From assembly GCA_964012435.1 (NCBI GenBank), contig CAXGSM010000001.1, positions 32,001 through 96,000 of the forward strand: DNA of 64,000 nt, read 5' to 3'. This document shows positions 9,722 to 19,332 of the stretch, piece after piece. The translations under genes and the position numbers were made by a program. The notes beneath the pieces are model-generated. The model ran no database searches. It saw only the letters and a list, made by a program, of their open reading frames with translations, and had not been told where the DNA came from. This DNA is from an uncultured bacterium. GTDB taxonomy: Bacteria > UBP7 > UBA6624. The first letter of the stretch is position 1; each line of letters opens with the position of its first letter.

Positions 9722-10553
9722 AAACGTATTCACTATTGGAAAAATGACCTTTCAGTCTGTTGTAGGCAACAGCAAGGCTCTCAGGATGGTTTTTATAGGC
9801 GCTCTTTTGTTTGGCCTTTCAACTTATCTTTTATCCCAGAATCAAGATGCAACAGTTGTTACATTTACATGGACTGGTATAGGTTTTCTTTTTCTCGTTA
9901 TCTCTTATCAGGCAGCAGATTTGTTAAGGGAGGATTTGAGAAAAAAAACACTTACTCCAATCATTACATCCCCAATAAGCAGGCTTGAATATAGTTTGGG
10001 AAGGTTTTTTGGGCTTTTTGTTCCAGGCTGGGCAGTCCTCTCAGGTTTGTATTGGCTTTTGTTTGAATATGGTGTTGTAAGAACTGAAGGTTATGAAATC
10101 ATCAAGAATGTTGCTTTTTTAACTCGTCAGCTTCCTGAGTTTGAAATACCCATTGGCCTTCCTGCTGCAAAAGAGCTAGCGACTGTTTTCTGGACTTTGC
10201 TTTCGTCTTTTATGTTTGTCGTTATGTCAGCTCTTTATTTCCTTTCTGCAAAGTTTAATCAAAAGGCTGCTATTGCATTGGCTTTTTGCTGTTGGCCGCT
10301 TATAAGCTGGTTCTGGAGACTTCCTATCAAGGTTGAGAATGAAGTTTTTACAGAATTGGTCACTCTTGGGGGATTGAAGGGTGGATGGCCTGCCTTGCCT
10401 ACGATAGGTTTATGGTTTCCAATCATTGTTTCCGGCAAGGATGCAATAAAGATTGCTGAAATTTATGCAATACAGTCTATCGTCTGGTCTGCCCTGTTTA
10501 TATTTTTAGGTTACAGAATGTTTAAGAACATTGACCTTTCAAGACCTCAGTAA
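9711..10553 (+). CDS. ABC-2 type permease
   Basis: Multiple TMs; EDLRKKTL..IITSPISRLEYSLGRF resembles the ABC-2 E...gTL...P.sR..lGKf motif. Confidence 0.8.
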   Translation: MKFKNVFTIGKMTFQSVVGNSKALRMVFIGALLFGLSTYLLSQNQDATVVTFTWTGIGFLFLVISYQAADLLREDLRKKTLTPIITSPISRLEYSLGRFFGLFVPGWAVLSGLYWLLFEYGVVRTEGYEIIKNVAFLTRQLPEFEIPIGLPAAKELATVFWTLLSSFMFVVMSALYFLSAKFNQKAAIALAFCCWPLISWFWRLPIKVENEVFTELVTLGGLKGGWPALPTIGLWFPIIVSGKDAIKIAEIYAIQSIVWSALFIFLGYRMFKNIDLSRPQ

Positions 10554-10561
10554 TAAATTAT

Positions 10562-11659
10562 TCACTTTACAAAATTATTCCAATTTTTCATATATGAGAT
10601 GAATGTTTTGTTTAATTTCGCTTTTTTCAATTCATGAATGCTGAATGGAGGTTTTTTGGGTGAGTATTTTAGATCAGAGACATTGTGTGCCCAATTTGGA
10701 TGGCCTATTGCTACTCTGCCGACACCAACTAAGTCAGCACCTTGTTTCAACAATTTATGAGCATCGAGGCTTGACCAAACATTACCGGTGCTTATGATTG
10801 TTGGTAAACTTTCATAGCTGTCTGTGATTATTTCAGTTAATGTCCTTTGGCTGTTTGCGATTGAATTTGATTTGGAAAAAACATCCCAACATGATAAGTG
10901 AATGAAGTCAATTGGTAATTTTCTCAAAATGCCAATAAGATTTATTGAATCATTCAATTCAATCCCCAAGCTTTCTATTTCAGGCGAAATACGAATGCCA
11001 ACAATAAATGATTCTGGAACATTTTCCCTTATAGATTTGAATATCTCAATAAGCAATTTAGATCTTTTCTCTAAACTTCCTCCCCAGCCATCCTTTCTTA
11101 AATTTGTTTTTTTTCCTAAGAATTGAGAGATTAGGTATCCATGTGCACCGTGTAGTTCAATTCCATCAAAACCTGCTTGATGACACCTGATTGCACTGGC
11201 TGTGAAATCATTGATTATTTTTTCGATATCCTTCTCCGAAGCTTTCTTTGATTTGCCTGTGAATGATTCTGCGCAATTCAATTCACTTGCAGACACAGGA
11301 ATAAAACCTGTTATTTTTTGAGGGGATTTTGTTCCTCCATGAAACAATTGAGCAATAATGAGACTTTTGGTTTGATGTATGGCTGAAGTTAATTTTATTA
11401 AGTTTGGTATATGGGAATCATCATAAACACCAAATTCTCCATCCCATGCCTTTCCCTCTATTGAAACATTAGTTGCCGCTGTTGTTATGATGCCAAAACC
11501 ACCTTTTGCCCTTTCAGAAAGCCAATTTATTTCATCATCAGAAATAACCCCATCATCATGACTCTGTTTGTTTGTCATAGCAGCCAGAACAGTACGATTC
11601 TGTATTTTCTTGCTTGCTTTCAGAAAGGTGTAGGGTTGTGATATTTTTGGTTTAGGCAT
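10562..11659 (-). CDS. NADH:flavin oxidoreductase (old yellow enzyme family)
   Basis: NRTVLAAMT, QLFHGG, GFDGIELHGAHGYLISQF, N.R.D.WGGS; start uncertain (11659/11671/11683). Confidence 0.93.
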   Translation of the reverse strand: MPKPKISQPYTFLKASKKIQNRTVLAAMTNKQSHDDGVISDDEINWLSERAKGGFGIITTAATNVSIEGKAWDGEFGVYDDSHIPNLIKLTSAIHQTKSLIIAQLFHGGTKSPQKITGFIPVSASELNCAESFTGKSKKASEKDIEKIINDFTASAIRCHQAGFDGIELHGAHGYLISQFLGKKTNLRKDGWGGSLEKRSKLLIEIFKSIRENVPESFIVGIRISPEIESLGIELNDSINLIGILRKLPIDFIHLSCWDVFSKSNSIANSQRTLTEIITDSYESLPTIISTGNVWSSLDAHKLLKQGADLVGVGRVAIGHPNWAHNVSDLKYSPKKPPFSIHELKKAKLNKTFISYMKNWNNFVK

Positions 11660-11834
11660 CTTTAGAGGCATTTTTGGCTGCAAGACCCAAATACAAATAA
11701 CTTATACCAAGTCCAAAAAACAACGCACCTAAAACATTCCCTGTAGTAAATCCTATCCCTAGACCGATTAGGACGCCGCCTGTGATTATTCGGTTGTCTT
11801 CAGCCATTAGGCATTCTTGCTTTTCTTTTTTCAT
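11652..11834 (-). CDS. Small glycine-rich two-TM membrane protein
   Basis: GGVLIGLGIGF...GALFFGLGI; fills the gap between co-oriented genes. Confidence 0.6.
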   Translation of the reverse strand: MKKEKQECLMAEDNRIITGGVLIGLGIGFTTGNVLGALFFGLGISYLYLGLAAKNASKDA

Positions 11835-11859
11835 AAGGATCGATTCTAATAGGCTTGCT

Positions 11860-14800
11860 TCACCTTAAATCCTTAAGTAGCGATTTGATTGCCGCATCAA
11901 GCTGTGGGTCATTTCCATTGATTTCATCCTCTGGCGTGATTTCAACAATAATGTCTGGTATCGCAGGTCCATTCTCTTGGTTTGCCCCAAGCTTCTCTCC
12001 GTCAGCAACAAACCATCCCCTGAACGGATACCTCATTGAAGACCCGTCTATAAGGCCTTTTGAACCTGTTGATATCACTGCTCCTCTAGTTGGAACACCA
12101 ACCAGCTTACCTCTTTTTAATGTTTTAACTGCATGTGAAAATATTTCAGCGTTACTGTATGAATTTTGATTGCATAAAACTATTATTGGCTTTGTCCAAG
12201 AATACATCGACAACCTGTTTTGGGGATATCCGAATTCTCCATCTTTCGCTCCTCTAGGAATGGTGTATGCGTGTCTTTCAACCATTAATATTTGGAGAAG
12301 CATGTCTGTTGTCCATCCCCCACCATTATCTCTAACATCAATAACTAAAGCTTCTTTATCGTGTCCAACTGAATAAAGTTCAGCTTCAAATCTTTCAAGA
12401 CTTGGCTGACTCATCCCTTGAATATGGACATATCCAAGTTTTCCTCCTGAATCGTTTTCTGTTTTCTCTCTGTTTGTTTTGACCCATGACTCATAGAGTG
12501 CTGTTCTTATGGAATAGGAAGAGCCTGGTTTTATCTCTACCGTGTTCTCTTCAGTTTCACCAAGGATTTCTATTTCTATCTGTGATGAAAAATCAAATCC
12601 GAGTGATTCACGATTTGAATTAACTGCCTGAAGCGTTAATGTGTGTTTCCCAGGATCAAGGTTTAATATCGTTGTTTCAACTTCTTTTCCGAAATGCATA
12701 TGATTGCCATCGCGAGGAACAACATCTCCTTTCTTGATTTCATCACCATCAATAATCAAGGCAAGATAAACCTCTAAAGGATCTATTCCATGATCAAATA
12801 TTATTTTTTCTTTTGCTTTATGCTGATGATGGTTATGTTCATCATCCATTTGATGTCCCTCATGGTTGCTGTGGTCATTATGTCCCTCATGGTTGCTGTG
12901 GTCATTATGTCCCTCATGGTTGCTGTGGTCATTATGTCCCTCATGGTTGCTGTGGTCATGACCATCCTTCATGGGGTCTGCAGGAACATTTAGTGGAAGG
13001 TCCATTACAGTGCTGAAAGAAAGCTCAAAAGCTCCTTTTATTTTTGATTTATTTTTTGGGTAGGTAAAAAACACCTTAGAAAGATTTGTCCCTTCTTCAA
13101 CAACTTCAATGTTGATTGTTTTATAAAGATTGTCGTCGATTATTTCATGTAATCCGTCTGCTAATTGCAACGTTAAGGTATGTTTTCCTGGTTCAAGTTC
13201 AATATATCCATATTTTTCACCCATCATGTAATGTATGTGTGTTTCATCAGCAGGTATAACATCTCCTTTCTTGGAGGGTTCACCATTAATAATCAGATGA
13301 AAATGACCCTTTTTGCTTGTTTGCAAGCCTGCCATTTCTATTTCAAAACCAGAAACTCCAAAACCAACAAATAGAGGAGAGGAAACTTTATCTCCGTCCT
13401 TGATGTTTGAAAACCATACTTCATTTTCAATTTTTTGATCTTCTACCTTTCTTTCAAATGTTACTGGGATTTCTTTTGAGGATGTATCAATAAGCAAGTT
13501 GTGTATGTTTTGATTGCTGATATCAATTTTGTTAATCTTTTTCAGGATATCGCCAGGCTTTATGTCGAGAGTATATTTATCTGCAGGGCTATTTTCAATT
13601 ATTGATTTAACAACTAGTCCTTCTTTTTTGCTTTCCCAGTCAAAAAGAATACCCATTGCACCACTGTATTCTTTGCTTTCATTGATTGAAGGGATTCTTC
13701 CGTAATATCCCAAATGACTACCATTAAGCTCACCAAGCATTGAGTCAATTATGAAATCAAAATCTCTTGGATGTGATGCGCTAACAGCCCATGGAAGATA
13801 CCTGTCATGGACGTCATTCCAATCAGAACCATGAAGATTAGGGTCATAAAACCCTCTATACATTGTCGCCCATGCTTCTTCAAAAACAACCTGTCTCTGT
13901 TTCACTCTGTCCAATTTGTATCTAATACTGAATTTTTTATTTTGGGTAGATTTTTTTGTAGGAGATGTTGAGTAGATAGTTCCTCCTGATTTTGAGTAAT
14001 ATATTGATTTTTGATCTTCACTCCATCTTATCCCATAAGGATAGTGGCCTTCTGTTACTTTTACAGGTGACCCAAAGGTTCCGTATTCCGTCATTGATGA
14101 TGAGTAAAGATCGCTTCCATCATGACTGCCTTTAAAGATCAGTCTTGAACCATCCTTGTTTAAAAGGACTTCTGTTTCACTTCCATCGAAACTTGTTGCT
14201 CTTTTTAACCTGAATTCAATACCTTCTAGATCAATATCAACCCAAGATTCTTTTTCCTTTTTTGAATCTTTTGCTTCCTCTTCCCACAAATCTTTTCTCT
14301 CCTTGTAGGTTAACTCCTGATCATTCTCTCTTAAAAATACATACCATATATCAGAATAGGTGCTGCTTCCTCTGGGAGTAGAGCTTGTTCTTGTGCTTGA
14401 AAATGCTAACATTCGACCATTTTCACTCCATGTTGGATACATATCCATATCTGGATGAGATGATATATTTTTTGGAGAAATTGATCCATCTGTTTTTGCG
14501 ATCCAAACATCGGCATTATGCTCTATATCTTCTACGCTCCATGCTATCCATTGAGAATCAGGGCTCCATGATATCGATGGCCAATCCCATCCGGTTCTTA
14601 ATGTTATTTCATTAGAAATAATTTCATTTTCTTCTTCTGGGTTGGTTTCAAAATCTGCAACAACAAGTTCCCCATAGTCTCTTATAAACGCAATCTTTGC
14701 TCCATTTGGTGAAATTTGTGGACGATGGTTTGGTTTATTTCCTTTTGTTATAGGGTAAGTTTTCCAATCTTCAACTTCTCTTATGGGAGATTCTGTTTCT

Positions 14801-15969
14801 TCACCTGGTTCAGCTATCCATATTTGTTCTATGTTACATATTTTTTGAATTGTTTTTTCAAGGCATGAATTTGATGTAAAAAGTATCTTGTTGCCATCAT
14901 CTATCCATTCAACATAAATTTCTTGTTCAGCGGTATTTGTGACCCTGTGGGATTCTTCTTTTTCAAGATCTTGAACCCAAATGTCTCCATCCACTATCAA
15001 AACCATTGATTTTTCATCTGATGGAGATATTGAGAAGGATGACGCTCCAGAATTAACAGTTTTCCATTCAAAATCATTTGTCAAGGAGTCAGCAGGAACG
15101 ATAATGTTTAGTTCTGATGTTTTTTCTGGACCAGTTTCAAAAAGAATAACTTTTCCACCTACTTCCATTGCTATCATGCTGCCATCTGCTGAAATAGATG
15201 CATTTCTAGGGCCATCTTTCTCAAAAGAGGTAATCTTTTTGCTTTTCATTTTTGTATTCATTGAATAGAGGTTATAGGTTCCATCTTTTTCTGATATGTA
15301 CCAAAGTGATTTACCATCAGGTGCCCACATTGGAGAATGGTCAGCCCCGTCAAATTTTGTCATTAACTTTGCAGGTGTTCCATCATGTTTAATCCATATA
15401 TCTGCATCACCTGAACCCCTGTATCCTTTTCTGTTTGTGCTTTCTGAGCGTCTCATAAAAGCTAAACTTTTTCCATCCGGAGAATAAGTTCCCTGAAAAC
15501 CCAAATATTCAGTAAACCTTTTTGGAGTGTCCTTTTTTTCAATATCTATCATGTACATTTCTGGATTTCTGTAATTTGTTTCGTATCTCATGCTGGAAAA
15601 TATGATGTTTTTACCATCTGATGTAAAGCTTGACATTAGGTCTGAACCGGACCAGTAAGTTAATCGATCTGGTTTTCCTCCATCTGAAGACATTATGTAA
15701 ATATCATCGTTTCCCCATCTGTCAGAAGTAAATGCAATTTTGCTTCCATCAGGTGCCCACATTGGAGAATGGTCGTATGCTGGATGTATTGTTAGCCTCT
15801 TTGCTTCTCCTCCTTTGGATGAAACTGTCCATATATCACCTTGCCAACTAAATGCAATTTGGCTACCATCAGGAGATGGAGAAGGGTGCCTTGGAAGAAT
15901 TGCTTCTTGAGCTTTCAAGCTATATGTGAATAATAATGTTAATAATACCAGTGTTAATGTTTTGTTCAT
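11860..15969 (-). CDS. Tricorn-type S41 protease (PD40 propellers, PDZ, S41 core) with two inserted DUF4399-like domains and a His-rich repeat
   Basis: Signal peptide at ATG 15969 with upstream GGAG; repeated P.WSPDG blades; MLGELNGSH; GYVHIQGM; IDVRDNGGG; SYSNAEIF; DPQLDAAI. Confidence 0.9.
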   Translation of the reverse strand: MNKTLTLVLLTLLFTYSLKAQEAILPRHPSPSPDGSQIAFSWQGDIWTVSSKGGEAKRLTIHPAYDHSPMWAPDGSKIAFTSDRWGNDDIYIMSSDGGKPDRLTYWSGSDLMSSFTSDGKNIIFSSMRYETNYRNPEMYMIDIEKKDTPKRFTEYLGFQGTYSPDGKSLAFMRRSESTNRKGYRGSGDADIWIKHDGTPAKLMTKFDGADHSPMWAPDGKSLWYISEKDGTYNLYSMNTKMKSKKITSFEKDGPRNASISADGSMIAMEVGGKVILFETGPEKTSELNIIVPADSLTNDFEWKTVNSGASSFSISPSDEKSMVLIVDGDIWVQDLEKEESHRVTNTAEQEIYVEWIDDGNKILFTSNSCLEKTIQKICNIEQIWIAEPGEETESPIREVEDWKTYPITKGNKPNHRPQISPNGAKIAFIRDYGELVVADFETNPEEENEIISNEITLRTGWDWPSISWSPDSQWIAWSVEDIEHNADVWIAKTDGSISPKNISSHPDMDMYPTWSENGRMLAFSSTRTSSTPRGSSTYSDIWYVFLRENDQELTYKERKDLWEEEAKDSKKEKESWVDIDLEGIEFRLKRATSFDGSETEVLLNKDGSRLIFKGSHDGSDLYSSSMTEYGTFGSPVKVTEGHYPYGIRWSEDQKSIYYSKSGGTIYSTSPTKKSTQNKKFSIRYKLDRVKQRQVVFEEAWATMYRGFYDPNLHGSDWNDVHDRYLPWAVSASHPRDFDFIIDSMLGELNGSHLGYYGRIPSINESKEYSGAMGILFDWESKKEGLVVKSIIENSPADKYTLDIKPGDILKKINKIDISNQNIHNLLIDTSSKEIPVTFERKVEDQKIENEVWFSNIKDGDKVSSPLFVGFGVSGFEIEMAGLQTSKKGHFHLIINGEPSKKGDVIPADETHIHYMMGEKYGYIELEPGKHTLTLQLADGLHEIIDDNLYKTINIEVVEEGTNLSKVFFTYPKNKSKIKGAFELSFSTVMDLPLNVPADPMKDGHDHSNHEGHNDHSNHEGHNDHSNHEGHNDHSNHEGHQMDDEHNHHQHKAKEKIIFDHGIDPLEVYLALIIDGDEIKKGDVVPRDGNHMHFGKEVETTILNLDPGKHTLTLQAVNSNRESLGFDFSSQIEIEILGETEENTVEIKPGSSYSIRTALYESWVKTNREKTENDSGGKLGYVHIQGMSQPSLERFEAELYSVGHDKEALVIDVRDNGGGWTTDMLLQILMVERHAYTIPRGAKDGEFGYPQNRLSMYSWTKPIIVLCNQNSYSNAEIFSHAVKTLKRGKLVGVPTRGAVISTGSKGLIDGSSMRYPFRGWFVADGEKLGANQENGPAIPDIIVEITPEDEINGNDPQLDAAIKSLLKDLR
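12853..12959. repeat. Perfect 27-bp tandem repeat x4 (atgtccctcatggttgctgtggtcatt), encoding DHSNHEGH-containing units on the minus strand
   Basis: Units start at 12853, 12880, 12907 and 12934; read directly. Confidence 0.97.
15314..15774. repeat. Identical 29-bp direct repeat at 15314-15342 and 15746-15774 (DHSPMWAPDG)
   Basis: ccatcaggtgcccacattggagaatggtc occurs twice, 432 bp apart. Confidence 0.9.
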
Positions 15970-16027
15970 GTCATTGTTTCTCCGTAAATTTTTTAGGATA
16001 GGAATTATCATACAATCTGATTTAAAA

Positions 16028-16756
16028 ATGAGAATAAATAAATATCTTTCATTATGCGGTCTAGGCTCAAGAAGAAAAGTTGAAGAGTTCATCAAAGAAG
16101 GCCGTGTTTCTTTTAGGCGTAACCCAGATGGTTTAAATTTAATTAATGATCTTTCATTCACCGTGAAAGAGCATGACGAGGTCTTTTTTGATGGAGAAAA
16201 GCTAAAGACAAAGGTTTACAAATATGTATTGCTTAATAAGCCCAGAGGATATATAACCACAAAAGATGACCCAATGAAAAGAAAGAATGTTATGGACTTG
16301 ATTCCAAAAAGCATGCATCACCTTTCTCCTGTAGGAAGACTCGATAAAGACACTTCAGGGTTAATTATTTTGACAAATGATGGAGATTTGTATCAAAAAA
16401 TTTCTCATCCAAAATATAGATTTATAAAACACTATGTTGTTGAAGCTAAAGGGAAAATATCTTCCAAAAAAATTGCATTATTCACAAAGGGTTTAACTTA
16501 TGGTAAAGAAAAATTAAAAGCGTATTCTGCAACGATTATTGCTTCACATCAGGGAAGGACTGTTGTTTCCATTAAGTTAACTGAAGGTAAAAATCGTGAA
16601 ATACGAAAGATGTTTAACTTTATAAAAAAACCAATAATATCATTGGAAAGAATTGCAATAGGTTCAATCTCAGATAAAAAACTTCAACAAGGAAAATGGA
16701 GAAACTTGAAAGTTTCAGAGATTTCTAGATTAAAAAAAGAACTAGGCATTTCATGA
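16028..16756 (+). CDS. rRNA pseudouridine synthase, RsuA/RluB family
   Basis: MRINKYLS..G..SRR (S4 domain), LNKPRG, PVGRLDKDTSGL, EGKNREIR. Confidence 0.93.
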   Translation: MRINKYLSLCGLGSRRKVEEFIKEGRVSFRRNPDGLNLINDLSFTVKEHDEVFFDGEKLKTKVYKYVLLNKPRGYITTKDDPMKRKNVMDLIPKSMHHLSPVGRLDKDTSGLIILTNDGDLYQKISHPKYRFIKHYVVEAKGKISSKKIALFTKGLTYGKEKLKAYSATIIASHQGRTVVSIKLTEGKNREIRKMFNFIKKPIISLERIAIGSISDKKLQQGKWRNLKVSEISRLKKELGIS

Positions 16757-19332
16757 GTGCACTCCATGTAGGGTCGGCTTTTTCCGTTTGGGAATCTCTT
16801 TGGTCTTCTATAGAAATCGCAAAAAAGAATAAACCTTTAGATGTTATTAAAATTTTGGTTCCTACAAATCATGAAAAAAAACTGATAAATCGCGAATCAA
16901 ACTCAAGAGGTCTTTCTGGCATTTCTCCAGTTATTTTTAATGACATGGTTGAAGATAGGCTGCATGCTAACAATTTTTTTAAACTAGAACCGCCTGCTTT
17001 CATTGATAGGTTTTTCTTATCTCAAGCGTTAAAAAAATTGAACAACACAAGCCTTAATGATTTCCTCCATGATGAGTCGAAATTTTCATTGGAGGAATTG
17101 AGGAAAGCTGTTAATAGAATTTGCGAATATCTTCCCTCTGAAACTGAATCCCTTAAAGGGGAATCCTCATTGATCGATTTAACACTTTTATGGAAGAGTA
17201 TATGGCTAGAAAGCTCTTCTAAATACCTACCTTATCCAATCAAAATTAATATTGCGGCGAACAGTGATTCTTTTTTGAGGGGTGATGATTCTTTAGTTGC
17301 TGTTTGGGGTATTTCAAATTTAAACACTGCACAAGAAGATTTTTTAAGACCATTAAAAGGTGATTTTGATTGGTATGTTCCAGGGCCAAACCCAAATCTT
17401 TCCTCAGATGCATCTTGTTACCTAGCTAGATTAAATTTTTATTTGGGTAAAAAGATTATTGATGCTGGTTCTTCAAAAACAAAAATAAAAAGTACTAGGT
17501 GTGGTGATTTTATAAATTGCTTTTATACAGCTAAATATGATGGTTATGAAAATTTCAGTTGCCCCGAAATAGTGCATGATGATCTTGTTCTTTTAAACTC
17601 TTTATTAAGCTTTAAAGATGACGATTTTCTTTCTAGCAGAAGTATTTCTTCATCCCCTACAGGCAGGGCATTGAAATTCCATGAAGATTTCATTCAGAAT
17701 AAGTACATCCATTTAAATGATTTGATTTTTAATTTAAATTCACTGGGTTGTTTCAAAGAAAATCAGGATATTCATGATTTTGATTTTGACCTTTCAAGAT
17801 ATGGTGTTTCTGACATTCGTAAGGATCTTAGAAGATTGAAAAAGGCAATAGATGCTAAAGTTGAGCCGCCTATTGGGATTAATGTTGAAGAGTTAAAAAA
17901 ATGGATTCATGAGAGTCAGGAAAAAATACTTATCGCTTCAGACGGCTCTTCCTTTTCAAGGATTAATCAAGCAAAATCTAAAACTTTAATATCGGAAATT
18001 AAAGATGAAAAAAATTTCCATGTGGGTGATTTGCGTTTTGAAAAAGATCCCGATGATTACGGAAGGGTCAAAACTCAAACTGTTAGCAATATGAAAAATG
18101 GTGTAATAAGTCCTGAAAGTATTGCATTTATAGGAGTTGCAGATAATAGGTTTCCTGGCAAACTTGATCCTCCTGAATGGCAAGATAGTCAAGAAAATAA
18201 ATTTGCACTTGAAAGTATAGGGATGCCTGATTTGCAGATGAGAATTGAGGAAGAGTCTTGGAGGGCTTGGTGTATAGAGAACAGAGGTGACTCAGGTTGT
18301 GCAGTTTATTGGGACAATATAGATAACCGTGGAGAGGAGCAGTTTTTTAGTTCTTTGTTTGACAAAAAACATTTCAATCAATTTGAGTCTTCAGATGTTA
18401 AAGATGTATTTTTTCCAATAAGCAAATCTAGACATAAGGAACAGGTGGAGCTTTCTTATGTTGAATCAGTTGGAGATGTTTCCTTTAAAAAAATATGGAA
18501 TGTTGGACCTCAAGATTTGCAAATATCTTTAAGGGCTAGCGATTTTAGTTTTGATAAGCCTCCTTGTCTTTTTGCTTATTATGTTTCAAGACAAAATACA
18601 CTTCGCGAAAAGAGGAATGTAGATGTGATTTATCCTGACAGTTTGACTAAAGGTTCTTTTATTCACCACTGCCTAGAGACACTCGCGAAAAGTTTTAGAA
18701 GAGAAGGTCAGGATTATGAACTTTTAGTTCAGAGAGTGATGGATGAAACTTCTTTATGGTATCCGTTTACGGAAAAGCTTGTAAAGAAAGGTTTGTTTAA
18801 GAAATGGAAAATGTTTATTGTTGAGGAGTTGGGGCGCTGGCAGAATGATAGTTTTTCAAAATCTCAACAAGAGTATTCTGGTAAGGGTAAATTTTTTATG
18901 TCAAAAATCCCTTTGGTTGAAAGTTCTTACCAAAACCTTAAAGATGTTGAGATAAGAGCAAAGATAGACAGAATTGAACATTATGAAACCCAAACAGGAA
19001 AGACCAAGGTAAAAATCATTGATTACAAAACGGGTAAAAAGGGCTCGACCAATTGGACACAAGCATTTTTTTATCCTTACTTCCTTGAAGGGGATTTTGA
19101 TTTTCAGGATTTTGTTTACAGGTATATTTTAGAAAAAGAACAAAAAGATGTTAGTTGGATGAGCTTTAAGCGGAAAGAACAAAAAGAGATTTTTATTTTG
19201 GAAAGTTTAAGCACCTGGAAGGATGATTTTTTGAAAGGGGAAATGGTTCCTTGCTGGGTTAAAGATCCATCAAAACCATGTTATTGGTGCCAGAAATTTG
19301 GGAGAAATAAGTTTTGGAGACTTGAGAAATGA
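16753..19332 (+). CDS. AddB/RexB-like subunit with C-terminal PD-(D/E)XK nuclease
   Basis: GSFIHHCLE, RAKIDRIE, IIDYKTG, C-terminal CYWC; overlaps the downstream AddA-like gene. Confidence 0.75.
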   Translation: MSALHVGSAFSVWESLWSSIEIAKKNKPLDVIKILVPTNHEKKLINRESNSRGLSGISPVIFNDMVEDRLHANNFFKLEPPAFIDRFFLSQALKKLNNTSLNDFLHDESKFSLEELRKAVNRICEYLPSETESLKGESSLIDLTLLWKSIWLESSSKYLPYPIKINIAANSDSFLRGDDSLVAVWGISNLNTAQEDFLRPLKGDFDWYVPGPNPNLSSDASCYLARLNFYLGKKIIDAGSSKTKIKSTRCGDFINCFYTAKYDGYENFSCPEIVHDDLVLLNSLLSFKDDDFLSSRSISSSPTGRALKFHEDFIQNKYIHLNDLIFNLNSLGCFKENQDIHDFDFDLSRYGVSDIRKDLRRLKKAIDAKVEPPIGINVEELKKWIHESQEKILIASDGSSFSRINQAKSKTLISEIKDEKNFHVGDLRFEKDPDDYGRVKTQTVSNMKNGVISPESIAFIGVADNRFPGKLDPPEWQDSQENKFALESIGMPDLQMRIEEESWRAWCIENRGDSGCAVYWDNIDNRGEEQFFSSLFDKKHFNQFESSDVKDVFFPISKSRHKEQVELSYVESVGDVSFKKIWNVGPQDLQISLRASDFSFDKPPCLFAYYVSRQNTLREKRNVDVIYPDSLTKGSFIHHCLETLAKSFRREGQDYELLVQRVMDETSLWYPFTEKLVKKGLFKKWKMFIVEELGRWQNDSFSKSQQEYSGKGKFFMSKIPLVESSYQNLKDVEIRAKIDRIEHYETQTGKTKVKIIDYKTGKKGSTNWTQAFFYPYFLEGDFDFQDFVYRYILEKEQKDVSWMSFKRKEQKEIFILESLSTWKDDFLKGEMVPCWVKDPSKPCYWCQKFGRNKFWRLEK

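Noticed and set aside
12853..12959. 27-bp repeats as a CRISPR array
   Set aside because: The units are contiguous with no spacers, lie in frame in a CDS, and no cas genes are present
12790..13016. Plus-strand ORFs with repeated VPHGCCGH or SLMVAVV (metallothionein-like look)
   Set aside because: They are antisense shadows of the His repeat inside the tricorn gene, with no independent start signals
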